This document shows positions 9,816 to 23,032 of a stretch of DNA of 64,000 nucleotides, piece by piece (within the stretch, counting starts at the first letter, position 1; each line of letters opens with the position of its first letter). A program made the position numbers and the translations under genes. Source of the stretch: Vicinamibacteria bacterium (GTDB lineage: Bacteria > Acidobacteriota > Vicinamibacteria > Marinacidobacterales > Marinacidobacteraceae). Under the pieces are notes generated by a model, which saw only the letters and a list, made by a program, of their open reading frames with translations, was not told where the DNA came from and did not search any database. The DNA is taken from NCBI GenBank assembly GCA_963555995.3, contig OY821641.1, forward strand, positions 2,656,001 through 2,720,000, written 5' to 3'.

Positions 9816-9977
9816 CTTGGAACGCCGGCTTCAGCCGGCACCCGCTGCGCGAAGCGCAGCGCGCGGCACAACGCTGACCTGCCCGATAGCGCTCAGCTTG
9901 CGGGACATGGCTGCGAACAACGATACGACGTCCGCGGGCCTTCGGCCCGCGGTGCCGGCTGAAGCCGGCGTTCCAAG
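9816..9977. repeat. REP doublet (REPIN-like), type A
   Basis: Inverted CTTGGAACGCCGGCTTCAGCCGGCAC at 9816-41 and 9952-77, between convergent genes. Confidence 0.9.
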
Positions 9978-10093
9978 CCGGCGGCGCCTTCACGGCTGTT
10001 GGCGGACCCGCGGGACTGCATTGCACGGCGGCGCGTCGCGACAGTCCGCGCCCTCAAGGCGCGCGAGGGCTGAAACGACGTCCTGGACGAGCC

Positions 10094-11146
10094 CTACCAG
10101 ATGTCGCCGACCGTGAACCCTTCGGGGAAGGGGTCCGAGGGGTCCACCGAGTACTGGGCCGTCCCGGTGATCCAGGCGGTTCCGCTGATCGTGGGCACCA
10201 CCGCCGGAACCCCGCCGACGGTGGTCTTGCGGATGAGCCGGCCGATGAACTCGGTGCCCACCGGGCCGGAATGCCGGAAGTCCTGGCCGATCCCGAGCAG
10301 GTCGCGCGCGTGGAGCGCCGCCATCCGGGCCGAGGTGCCCGTGCCGCACGGCGAGCGGTCGAGCGCGCCGGTCCAGGTCTCGGGGCGGTCCCAGTCGAGG
10401 TCGCCCACGGCCACCGAGACCGCGTTCGCGGCGGTCCGCGTCTCCGGGTCGTAGGGACCGGTGAGCTGGCCGATGCTGGCCTGCCGGATCTCGGGGTTCT
10501 CCGGATGCACCGCCTCGAGCTGTTCGCGCGCCGCCTGCTTCACCATCGCCCCCACCCGCGCCAGTTCGCGCCCGTGCTCCGGGGTGATCCGCAGTCCGAA
10601 GCGGGCCGCGTCGGCGATCGCGTAGAACATCCCGCCCCAGGAGACGTCCACCTCCACCTCCCCGAAGGTGGGGATCTCGACCTTCGCCCCCAGGTGGACC
10701 GGGAAGGCGGGCACGTTCTCGAAGGTCACCCGGGTGACCTTGCCCCCCTTGACCCGGGCCTGCACCTGGATGAGCCCCGCGGGAGTGTCCAGCGTGAGTT
10801 CCGTGACGGGCTCCACGGCCGCCACCATGCCGGTCTCGATGAGCGCGGTGGTCGTGCAGATGGTGTTCGTCCCCGACATCGGCGGGTACTCGGTCTGCTC
10901 CATGATCACGAACCCCGCGTCGGCGTCGGGGTGCGTCGGAGGCAGCACCAGGTTGCAGTTCGCGGCCGGGTATCCACGGGGTTCCCGGAGCATGAGCTTC
11001 CTGAGGCCGTCGGCGTGGCGCTCCAGGTACTGCATCTTGCGGAACATGGTCTCGCCCGGCACGTCCAGGACGCCCCCGACGATGACCCGCCCGGGCTCGC
11101 CGGCGGCGTGCAGGTCCACCGCCTGGATGAGTCGCCTTGAGCGCAT
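10094..11146 (-). CDS. Proline racemase family protein (Ser/Cys dyad)
   Basis: DLHAAGEPGR, LREPRG, YPPMSGTNT and DRSPCGTGT motifs. Confidence 0.9.
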   Translation of the reverse strand: MRSRRLIQAVDLHAAGEPGRVIVGGVLDVPGETMFRKMQYLERHADGLRKLMLREPRGYPAANCNLVLPPTHPDADAGFVIMEQTEYPPMSGTNTICTTTALIETGMVAAVEPVTELTLDTPAGLIQVQARVKGGKVTRVTFENVPAFPVHLGAKVEIPTFGEVEVDVSWGGMFYAIADAARFGLRITPEHGRELARVGAMVKQAAREQLEAVHPENPEIRQASIGQLTGPYDPETRTAANAVSVAVGDLDWDRPETWTGALDRSPCGTGTSARMAALHARDLLGIGQDFRHSGPVGTEFIGRLIRKTTVGGVPAVVPTISGTAWITGTAQYSVDPSDPFPEGFTVGDIW

Positions 11147-11148
11147 CG

Positions 11149-12780
11149 TTATCTCCTGTGCGGGGTCTCCTCGACCACGAGGAACTCTCCAGCTTCGTCC
11201 AGCGGAACCCTCTGTTCGGCCCCCGTCGGCCAGCGCACCCTAACCGAGTCGGGGACGCCGGGCAGCAGCCCGATCCACACCTCCCGGGCGCCGGACGACA
11301 GGTAGCTCGACCCGGCGGTGACCACCGACCGGCTCGGTTGCCCGCCCCGCTCCACCACCACCTCGGCGCCGACCCCGTCGCGGTTGGAGGCCCGTCCCAC
11401 CAGCCGCAGCACCGCCCGGGGAGCGGGAGCACCGCCGTTCCGGAGCAGCGCGGGGGTTCCGCCGGAGCGGGAGACCGCGAGATCGAGGAGGCCGTCCCGG
11501 TCGAAATCAATCGTCACCAGGCCCCGGCCGACCGCCGGGGGCAGGTCCAGCGCCACCAGCTCGAACGAACCGCCCAGATTGCGGAAACAGACGTCCCGCT
11601 GGCGGTAGTCCGTTCCGGGAAAGAGGACCGGCGCGTTGTCGAGGACGTGGCCGTTGGTCACGCAGAGGTCGGGCGCGCCGTCGCCATTGAGGTCGGCGAA
11701 GACGGCCCCGAAGCCCAGCCAGGCGAGCGACGGCCGCCCCACCCCGGAAAGGAAGGAGACGTCCCGGAACACGCCGTGCCGGTCCGACACGTAGAGGTTG
11801 TTCGCCTCGCCCTGGAAGTTCGTGACGAACAGGTCGAGGTCCCCGTCGGACTCGATGTCCGCCGCCGCGACGCCCATGCCGGCGAGCGCGTTCCCGTCGC
11901 CGTCGTAGGCGACGCCCGCCGGGAGTCCCCGTTCGCGGAACCGCAGCCCGCCGAGGTTCTCGAAGAGGAAGTTGGGCACCGTGTCGTTCGCCACGTAGAG
12001 GTCGGGCAGCGCGTCGCCGATCAGGTCGGCGGCAAGGACGCCGAGCCCCTTGCCGGTCCGGAGACCCACCCCGGCGGCCTCGGTCACGTCGGCGAACGAG
12101 CCGTCGCCGCGGTTCTCGTAGAGCAGGTCCGGCACCCCCGAGAAGGCGTCGGGCAGGCAGTAGGAGCGCACCGGCTCGCCGGCGATCGTCCGCGCGCACA
12201 CCGGGTTGTTCGCCGGGGACCAGTCGAGGTAGTGGGTGATGAAGAGATCGAGGTCGCCGTCCCCGTCGAGGTCGGAGAACGCGGCGCTCGCGCTCCAGCC
12301 TGCCGCGTCCAGGCCCGCGTCCCGGAGCCCGAAGGTCCCGTCGCCCCGGTTCTCGTAGAGCAGGTCCGTCCCCGCGCGAGTGATCAGCAAGTCGGCGTCC
12401 CCGTCGTTGTCAATGTCGGCAGCGACCGCACCCATCCCGTGCCCCTCCACCGGGGCCGGCGCTCCGAACCCGGCCATGTCACTCACGTCCCGAAAGCGCC
12501 CGCTCCCCTCGTTGCGGTAGAGCGTCCCCACGAGTCCCGGCGGCCGGCCCGTCCCCGGCACCTCCCCGCCCTGCACGAAGAACAGGTCGGGCGCCCCGTC
12601 CCCGTCGTAGTCGAGCACGGCCACCCCGGACCCCATCGTCTCCACCGGATGCCAGTCGCCCCGCGCTCCCCGGTCGTGCTGAAAGGAAATGCCGGCCTCC
12701 TCCGCGACGTCGCGCAGGACGATCTGACCAGCCTCAGACGAAGTTTGGAAGGACGCGAACACAAGCGCCACAACGGCCAT
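11149..12780 (-). CDS. CRTAC1-family FG-GAP repeat protein with ASPIC/UnbV domain
   Basis: Repeated DxDxDGxxDL motifs, SNRDGVGA, SSYLSS and VRVRWP. Start trimmed to ATG 12780 because the upstream part of the ORF runs through a REP doublet. Confidence 0.85.
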   Translation of the reverse strand: MAVVALVFASFQTSSEAGQIVLRDVAEEAGISFQHDRGARGDWHPVETMGSGVAVLDYDGDGAPDLFFVQGGEVPGTGRPPGLVGTLYRNEGSGRFRDVSDMAGFGAPAPVEGHGMGAVAADIDNDGDADLLITRAGTDLLYENRGDGTFGLRDAGLDAAGWSASAAFSDLDGDGDLDLFITHYLDWSPANNPVCARTIAGEPVRSYCLPDAFSGVPDLLYENRGDGSFADVTEAAGVGLRTGKGLGVLAADLIGDALPDLYVANDTVPNFLFENLGGLRFRERGLPAGVAYDGDGNALAGMGVAAADIESDGDLDLFVTNFQGEANNLYVSDRHGVFRDVSFLSGVGRPSLAWLGFGAVFADLNGDGAPDLCVTNGHVLDNAPVLFPGTDYRQRDVCFRNLGGSFELVALDLPPAVGRGLVTIDFDRDGLLDLAVSRSGGTPALLRNGGAPAPRAVLRLVGRASNRDGVGAEVVVERGGQPSRSVVTAGSSYLSSGAREVWIGLLPGVPDSVRVRWPTGAEQRVPLDEAGEFLVVEETPHRR

Positions 12781-12856
12781 GCCGGGCCGTTGCCGCGAGA
12801 ATGCCGTCCCGCCGTTCCTCCGCACGCCGCGTTGACAGCGCCGGCCATGAAAACGG

Positions 12857-13125
12857 CTGGGAGCGCCGGTCTTCAGACCGGCACCGTCCGCGCAGCGGGC
12901 GAAATTCGCGCGGTTAGATCGCCGTATGGCGTCGCGCCAATCTGTGTGGTGTTGCGCCATACGGCGTGGCGTTGCGTCGTCGAGCGAATCAGCGATGGGA
13001 GTTTCGTCCTTCTGCGGGGGACGATGCCGGTCTGAAGACCGGCGCTCCCAGCCGACACCGCAGCCCCGACGGCCAGCGTCTCGCCGGAACTGCATTGTCA
13101 GCAACCGGGCCGGCCTCCAGCCGGC
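12857..13125. repeat. REP doublet type B plus ~70 bp tail
   Basis: CTGGGAGCGCCGGTCTTCAGACCGGCAC at 12857-84, inverted copy at 13024-51, then tail GGCCAGCGTCTCGCCGGAACTGCATT. Confidence 0.85.
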
Positions 13126-13265
13126 TTCGCACGGGAGCGCGAAACCAGCGTCGCTGACACCGTGCACTGCCAGCGTGGGTCCCGTGTGGTCTCTTGAATT
13201 CGGACAAGACCACGCACCGTTCCGACCACCGGGCGGCGAGACTCCGGACCGGAGGACGGGGAAAA

Positions 13266-13520
13266 TCAGGCCGAAAAGGCCATCGTCACATAGCGCACAA
13301 CCAGACGCGGCCCAATGGGAGGAGCAAGGCGGTTCGACTCCTCGCCGTCGAAGTGAACCGCGAGGGCCTGGCGGAGATTCGTGACCGTTTCGTCCAGTGT
13401 CTTGCCTTGGGTGACGACTCCAACCTCGCGGCATTCGGCAACCAGCCAAGCCTCGCATGCAACGACGTCAGCATGGATGGTCGGGGACGGATTTCCCGCT
13501 TCAACTCGGATCATCTGCAT
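13266..13520 (-). CDS. HicB-like antitoxin domain protein (orphan)
   Basis: WLVAECREVGVVTQGKTLDETVTNLRQALAVH matches the HicB N-terminal pattern. Start uncertain (13520 or 13553). Confidence 0.75.
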   Translation of the reverse strand: MQMIRVEAGNPSPTIHADVVACEAWLVAECREVGVVTQGKTLDETVTNLRQALAVHFDGEESNRLAPPIGPRLVVRYVTMAFSA

Positions 13521-13573
13521 CGGCAGTCTTTCAGTTGGGATCGGGCGTTTCAAGTGATGCTGGCGTACCCAGA

Positions 13574-13819
13574 TCAGGCTTCACCAGCCGGAACAGCACA
13601 CGCGTCCGAGCAGAAGGTCCGGCCTTCCCGCACCACCGCCCGTTGCTCCGGGACATGGAGGTCGCACCGTTCGCAGGCCACGACCCGGCCCCGCTCCTCG
13701 GTCCTTCCGGTCCTCGGCGGAGAGACCGGATTCGCGGGCCGCTTGAAGAGGGCGCGGATCAATCCCCACAGGACCCGCACCACCACGAAGGCGAGAAGGA
13801 TCTGGAGGAAGCGGATCAC
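13574..13819 (-). CDS. PP0621-like small membrane-anchored Zn-finger protein
   Basis: N-terminal TM helix followed by VACERCDLHVP and FCSDAC. Confidence 0.75.
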   Translation of the reverse strand: MIRFLQILLAFVVVRVLWGLIRALFKRPANPVSPPRTGRTEERGRVVACERCDLHVPEQRAVVREGRTFCSDACAVPAGEA

Positions 13820-14033
13820 GGCCGATGCCCGATCTTAGTGGCGGCCCGGCGGCTCATCACGAGCGAGCGCCGGGGCCACCGTCTCGATGTCCCGGATGCC
13901 CACCCCGGCGGATCTCGTCGGCGGTCGCTTCGGGGGAGTCCCGGGTGACGGCGACGGCGCGCGTCCACCGGCACACCCCGCCACGGATGAGAGTGCAGGC
14001 CGGGACGCCGAGGCCCAAGGTGGCGGGGACCGT

Positions 14034-14195
14034 TTGGAACGCCGGCTTCAGCCGGCACAGCCCGCCGCAGGCGGGCGGCGGGACGGACCTCATGCGCCGG
14101 GATGGCTCAGCGGCGCACGCCAACGCATCCGGGGTGGCGTCGTAGTGTCCGCTGCGCTTCGCGCAGCGGGTGCCGGCTGAAGCCGGTGCTCCAAG
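14034..14195. repeat. REP doublet type A
   Basis: Inverted copies at 14034-58 and 14170-95. Confidence 0.9.
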
Positions 14196-14214
14196 CCGGT
14201 GGCGCGGCGAGCCC

Positions 14215-18612
<4,398 letters not shown>

Positions 18613-18915
18613 GGCCCGTAAGGCTGCGTCGTCTTGGTGGGCATGAAGTTCGTCTCAGGGACGCGCGAGGTCACGTCCGTCTCGCGCGTCCAGCGCCGGC
18701 CGGGTCAAGGCCGTCACACGCAGCTCCCCTTTGCGAAGAAACACGCGGAGTCTATCTATTTCGACGAACCGAACATCAATCGTGTTCCCCGATCACGCCG
18801 AGATTTGCTCGAAATTTGGAATATCCGTCGCACATCACGAACGGATAGCGGTAGATACACGAATTCCTGCCGTCAACGGTGACCGCCTCCGTCCCTCTCG
18901 GGGACGGGGGTTCCG

Positions 18916-19509
18916 CTACGGGTGCGCGGAGCGCAGCGACTCGATCTGGGCCCGGAGCGCCGCCGCTTCGGGCGAATCCGGCGCGGCGGCGATGGCCCGC
19001 TCCCACAGCTCGATGCCGGCGGCGAGGTCCTGTTCCAGGAAGAGGCGCACCCGGCCGAGGGCGACCAGGCTCTCCAGGTGCCCGGGGTCTTCCGCCAGCA
19101 CCGCCTCGTAGCCGCTGACCGCCGCCGCCACGTCACCGAGGCCGAGCTGGGCGAACGCGAGGCGGCTGCGGATGTCGAGGTCCGCCGGATCGAGATTGCG
19201 CGCCTGCTGGAGCCAGTACACCGCCTCGCCGAAGTCGAGCGCCTCGAGGTGGAGGTTCCCGACCGCCGCGCGCGCCGCGGGGTCCTCGGGCCGCGCCTCG
19301 ACGTCCGCGAGCCGCGCCTCCAGGAGGCCCGGGTCCACCGGCCGGGGCTCGGGCATGGGAGGCGCCTCGGGAGCGGCCGCCGCCTCGGGCGGCGGGGGTG
19401 CGGGCGGCGCAGCCGGCGGTTCCGGAGATCCGGCGATGAGCCAGCCGACCACCGCCCCGAAGACGAGGCCGGCGCCGAAGAACAGCGCGCGTTCGGAGAG
19501 TTGGTTCAT
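18916..19509 (-). CDS. Membrane-anchored TPR protein
   Basis: N-terminal TM helix, Pro-rich linker and TPR-like helices. Starts directly after the GT2 stop. Confidence 0.8.
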   Translation of the reverse strand: MNQLSERALFFGAGLVFGAVVGWLIAGSPEPPAAPPAPPPPEAAAAPEAPPMPEPRPVDPGLLEARLADVEARPEDPAARAAVGNLHLEALDFGEAVYWLQQARNLDPADLDIRSRLAFAQLGLGDVAAAVSGYEAVLAEDPGHLESLVALGRVRLFLEQDLAAGIELWERAIAAAPDSPEAAALRAQIESLRSAHP

Positions 19510-21030
19510 TCAGGCGCTCGCGCCGGAGCGGCGCGCCTCCAGCAGCGACCGGCCCCCGACGTAGAGGTAGCCGGCCGCGAAGAGAAGCAGGAAGGGGGCC
19601 GAGGCGGCGACGCCTTCGAGGACGGCGTAGAGGGTGGCGGCGGCCATCACGAGGCCCAGGCCGAATTCGAGCGCCGGGATGGCCCCCGCGGGCATCCGGT
19701 AGGTCTTGCTTCGCCAGCCGTCCGCCGTGCGCGCGATGCCGTACTTCGGGGTGCGGACGAAGGGGGTGCGGCGTCCGAGCGCCCCGGCGAGCACGGCGGA
19801 GGCGTTGCTGAAGGAGATCCCGATGCCGACCGCCAGCGCGACCGGAATGCCCCGGACGCGGCGCCAGCGGCCGCCGCGGGTTCCGGCCGGCAGCAGCCGC
19901 CGCAGGCGGCTCTGCGAGAAGGCGTAGAAGGAGACCACGGACACGGTGGCGGCGGCGAAGATGGGGATGTCGAGGAGGGCCATCTCGCGCAGCCCGGTGC
20001 TGACCCGCGCGAAGAGCACCGGCGTCATCAGCAGGCTCAGCGCCGCCATCAGCGGGTAGGCGAGGTTGCTGGTGAGGTGGAAGAACGCTTCCGCCCGCAC
20101 CCGGAACGGCAGCGGCGAGGCCAGGATCTGGGGCAGCAGCTTGCGGGCGGTCTGGAGCGAGCCCTGCGCCCAGCGCCGCTGCTGCGCCTTGAAGGCGTTC
20201 ATGGAGACGGGGAGCTCGGCGGGCGCGGCGATCTCGGGCACGAAGACGAAGCGCCAGCCCCGGAGCTGCGCGCGGTAGGAGAGGTCAAGGTCCTCGGTCA
20301 GGGTATCCCCGGCCCAGCCCCCCGCGTCCTCGATGGCCGCCCGCCGCCAGATCCCGGCGGTGCCGTTGAAGTTGAAGAAGCACTCCGCCACGTGCCGGCC
20401 GCCGTGCTCGGCGATGAAGTGGCCGTCGAGCAGGATCGCCTGGACGTCGGTGAGCAGCGAGTAGTCGCGGTTCAAGTGGTCCCAGCGGGCCTGGACGAGG
20501 CCGGTCCGTTCGTCGGCGAGCAGGTAGGGCAGCGTCTTCTTCAGGAAATCGGGCTCGGGGACGAAGTCGGCGTCGAAGATCGCGACGAACGGGGCGTCGG
20601 AAGCGTCGAGACCCGCTTGCAGGGCGCCCGCCTTGAAGCCTTGGCGGTCCGTGCGGTGGAGGCGGCGAATGTCGAGGCCGGCGGCGGCGCATTCCGCCGC
20701 CACCCGGTCGGCGATCTCCCCGGTGTCGTCGGTGGAGTCGTCGAGCACCTGCACGGCGAGCCGGGACCGGGGGTAGTCGAGGGCGGCCACCGCCCGGATC
20801 AGCCGTTCCACCACGTAGCGCTCGTTGAAGACGGGGAGCTGGAGGAGCACGCGCGGCGGGTCGCTTTCGAGGAGCGGCGCCCCGCGCACCCGCATCGCCT
20901 CCGCCGCCGCCGCGGAGCGGGCGGCGTAGCGGGACAGGCGATAGACGAGGACGTAGCGGTGCGACCCGTAGAGGGAGAGCAGCAGGAGGACCACGAAATA
21001 GGTCGTCAGGACCGCGTCGGCGAAGGGCAA
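19510..21030 (-). CDS. Family 2 membrane glycosyltransferase (cellulose synthase-like)
   Basis: QVLDDS, KAGAL, FDADF, TED and QRRW motifs with TM helices. Start approximate (TTG 21030). Confidence 0.88.
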   Translation of the reverse strand: MPFADAVLTTYFVVLLLLSLYGSHRYVLVYRLSRYAARSAAAAEAMRVRGAPLLESDPPRVLLQLPVFNERYVVERLIRAVAALDYPRSRLAVQVLDDSTDDTGEIADRVAAECAAAGLDIRRLHRTDRQGFKAGALQAGLDASDAPFVAIFDADFVPEPDFLKKTLPYLLADERTGLVQARWDHLNRDYSLLTDVQAILLDGHFIAEHGGRHVAECFFNFNGTAGIWRRAAIEDAGGWAGDTLTEDLDLSYRAQLRGWRFVFVPEIAAPAELPVSMNAFKAQQRRWAQGSLQTARKLLPQILASPLPFRVRAEAFFHLTSNLAYPLMAALSLLMTPVLFARVSTGLREMALLDIPIFAAATVSVVSFYAFSQSRLRRLLPAGTRGGRWRRVRGIPVALAVGIGISFSNASAVLAGALGRRTPFVRTPKYGIARTADGWRSKTYRMPAGAIPALEFGLGLVMAAATLYAVLEGVAASAPFLLLFAAGYLYVGGRSLLEARRSGASA

Positions 21031-21080
21031 GGGAGTGGGATTGTGACTCGCCCCGCCAGTGGGAGCGCCCGGAGCGCCGG

Positions 21081-21345
21081 TGGGAGCGCCGGTCTTCAGA
21101 CCGGCACCGCGGGCCAAAGGCCCGCAGACGTTCTACCCCTGTCTTGTCGTGATGGACCAAGAGTCGAACGCCACCACGCCGCGCCGCGCCGCGCCGCGCA
21201 GTGCCGTGCCGTGCCGTGCCGTGCCGTGCGCTGCGCTATCGCGCAGCGCGTGCCGGTCTGGAGACCGGCGCTCCCAGCCGGCGGCGCCATCACGGCGCCG
21301 GGGCGACCCGCGGACCTGCATTTTCACGGCGACCGGGTCGGGTGG
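21081..21345. repeat. REP doublet type B with internal pentamer runs and tail
   Basis: Inverted copies at 21081-107 and 21250-77, (GCCGC)n/(GCCGT)n at about 21177-21228, tail homologous to the array linker. Confidence 0.85.
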
Positions 21346-21420
21346 GTTTCGCAACCGGGAAAGTTTGGTTAGAGTGCGAGTACCGCACGGATACCCACCA
21401 GGCAACCGGAGAGACCGCCG

Positions 21421-22725
21421 ATGATCCGTCAACCGATCAGCGTGGACCAGTCCGACAGGATCGTTCCGATCAACCTTCGCCAGAGCGGTCGGACGCCCGT
21501 GGAGCTGCTCATCTCCACCCGCGTCCGGAAGTCGCCCTACTGGCACCTGTCGCACGAGGCGGGTTGCTGGCGCGCGACGACCTACAACCGCACCTACCAT
21601 CCGCGCGGCTACGTGCGGCCCGAGGACGGCGGGGCCGCGGCCGAGCACGAGGCGCTGACGAAGCACGTCACGCTGTGGAACGTCGCCGTCGAGCGCCAGA
21701 TCCGCGTGCGCGGACCGGACGCCGAGCGGTTCACCGACTTCGTCATCACCCGCGACGCCACCCGCATCAAGCCGATGCGGGGGCGCTACGTCATCCTCTG
21801 CAACGAGCGGGGCGGCATTCTCAACGACCCGGTGCTGCTCCGGCTGTCCGCGGAGGAATTCTGGTTCTCGCTGGCGGACTCCGACCTGCTCTTCTGGCTC
21901 CAGGGCGTCAACGTGGGACTGCGGATGGACGTCGAAATCGAGGAGATTGACGTCTGCCCGGTCCAGATCCAGGGGCCGAAGTCGCCGGCGCTGATGGCCG
22001 ACCTGGTGGGCGACGGAATCCGTCACCTCCCCTACTACGGCATCCTGGCGGCCGAGATCGCGGGCTGTTCGGTGATCGTTTCGCAGTCGGGCTTCTCGGG
22101 CGAGAAGGGCTACGAGATCTACCTGCGGGACGCCACCCTGCACGCCGAGAAGCTGTGGGCCGCGGTCCTCGAGGCCGGCACGGCGCACCAACTCATGGTG
22201 ATCGCCCCCGGACACCAGCGCCGCATCCAGGCGGGCATCCTCTCGTGGGGGCAGGACGCAGACCACGAAACCGTGCCCTTCCAATGCAACATGGGTTACC
22301 AGGTGCCCCGCAAGAAGAAGGCGGACTACATCGGCAAGGCCGCGCTCGAACGGATGCGCGCGGAGATCGAGGCCGGCCGGCCGCCGTTCTCCATGATCCT
22401 GGTGGGCATGAAGCTGGGCGGCAGGCCGATCACGGACTACGCGCCCGATTTCTGGCTGGTCTCCGGGAGCGCCGGGGGCGACCCGATCGGGTATCTGACC
22501 TCGCCCTGGCACGCGCCGGAACTCGGATGCAACATCGCGCTGGGCTACGTACCGGTGGGAATGTCGGCGGTCGGCACGCCGCTCCAGGTGTGGCTGCCGG
22601 ACGAGTACGCGACCGAACCGGGCCGGCCCGACGCCGCCCGGGTGTGCGAGATGCCGTTCCGCGCGTCCGTCAACCCGAGCCAACGCGAGGTGGTGCACGC
22701 GCGGGGAGAGGACGCGGCGATCTAG
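21421..22725 (+). CDS. GcvT-family THF-dependent aminomethyltransferase/demethylase (DmdA-like fold)
   Basis: VTLWNVAVERQI, GGILNDPVLLRL, QIQGPKS, SGFSGEKGYEIY and RRIQAGILSWG motifs. Confidence 0.88.
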   Translation: MIRQPISVDQSDRIVPINLRQSGRTPVELLISTRVRKSPYWHLSHEAGCWRATTYNRTYHPRGYVRPEDGGAAAEHEALTKHVTLWNVAVERQIRVRGPDAERFTDFVITRDATRIKPMRGRYVILCNERGGILNDPVLLRLSAEEFWFSLADSDLLFWLQGVNVGLRMDVEIEEIDVCPVQIQGPKSPALMADLVGDGIRHLPYYGILAAEIAGCSVIVSQSGFSGEKGYEIYLRDATLHAEKLWAAVLEAGTAHQLMVIAPGHQRRIQAGILSWGQDADHETVPFQCNMGYQVPRKKKADYIGKAALERMRAEIEAGRPPFSMILVGMKLGGRPITDYAPDFWLVSGSAGGDPIGYLTSPWHAPELGCNIALGYVPVGMSAVGTPLQVWLPDEYATEPGRPDAARVCEMPFRASVNPSQREVVHARGEDAAI

Positions 22726-22816
22726 CCGTCGGCGGACAACGCGGCCTGAGCACCGCGGCCCCCACCGGCGGACACGGTCTCGGCGAAACGTTGACCGGTG
22801 CAAGCTGCGCCGCCGG

Positions 22817-22983
22817 CTGGGAGCGCCGGTCTTCAGACCGGCACGCGCTGCGCGACGGCGCAGCGCACGGCACAACGCCGACCTGCGCCGTGGCGTTCTG
22901 CTCTCCGTTCATCGCCGCGAACTGCGACACGACATCCGCGGGCCTTCGGCCCGCTGTGCCGGTCTGAAGACCGGCGCTCCCAG
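22817..22983. repeat. REP doublet type B
   Basis: Inverted copies at 22817-44 and 22957-83, between convergent genes. The spacer is the reverse complement of the array spacer. Confidence 0.9.
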
Positions 22984-23032
22984 CCGGCACCATTGTGGCG
23001 CTCCGATGCGGACCGGCTTTGTCCGCAGGCGG

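Noticed and set aside
12781-13458. N-terminal extension of the CRTAC1 ORF
   Set aside because: It runs through REP DNA and overlaps hicB. A signal-peptide-like start exists at 12780.
21421-22725. Naming this gene dmdA or gcvT
   Set aside because: The fold is clear but the substrate cannot be fixed without a phylogeny, and no gcvH/gcvP is nearby.
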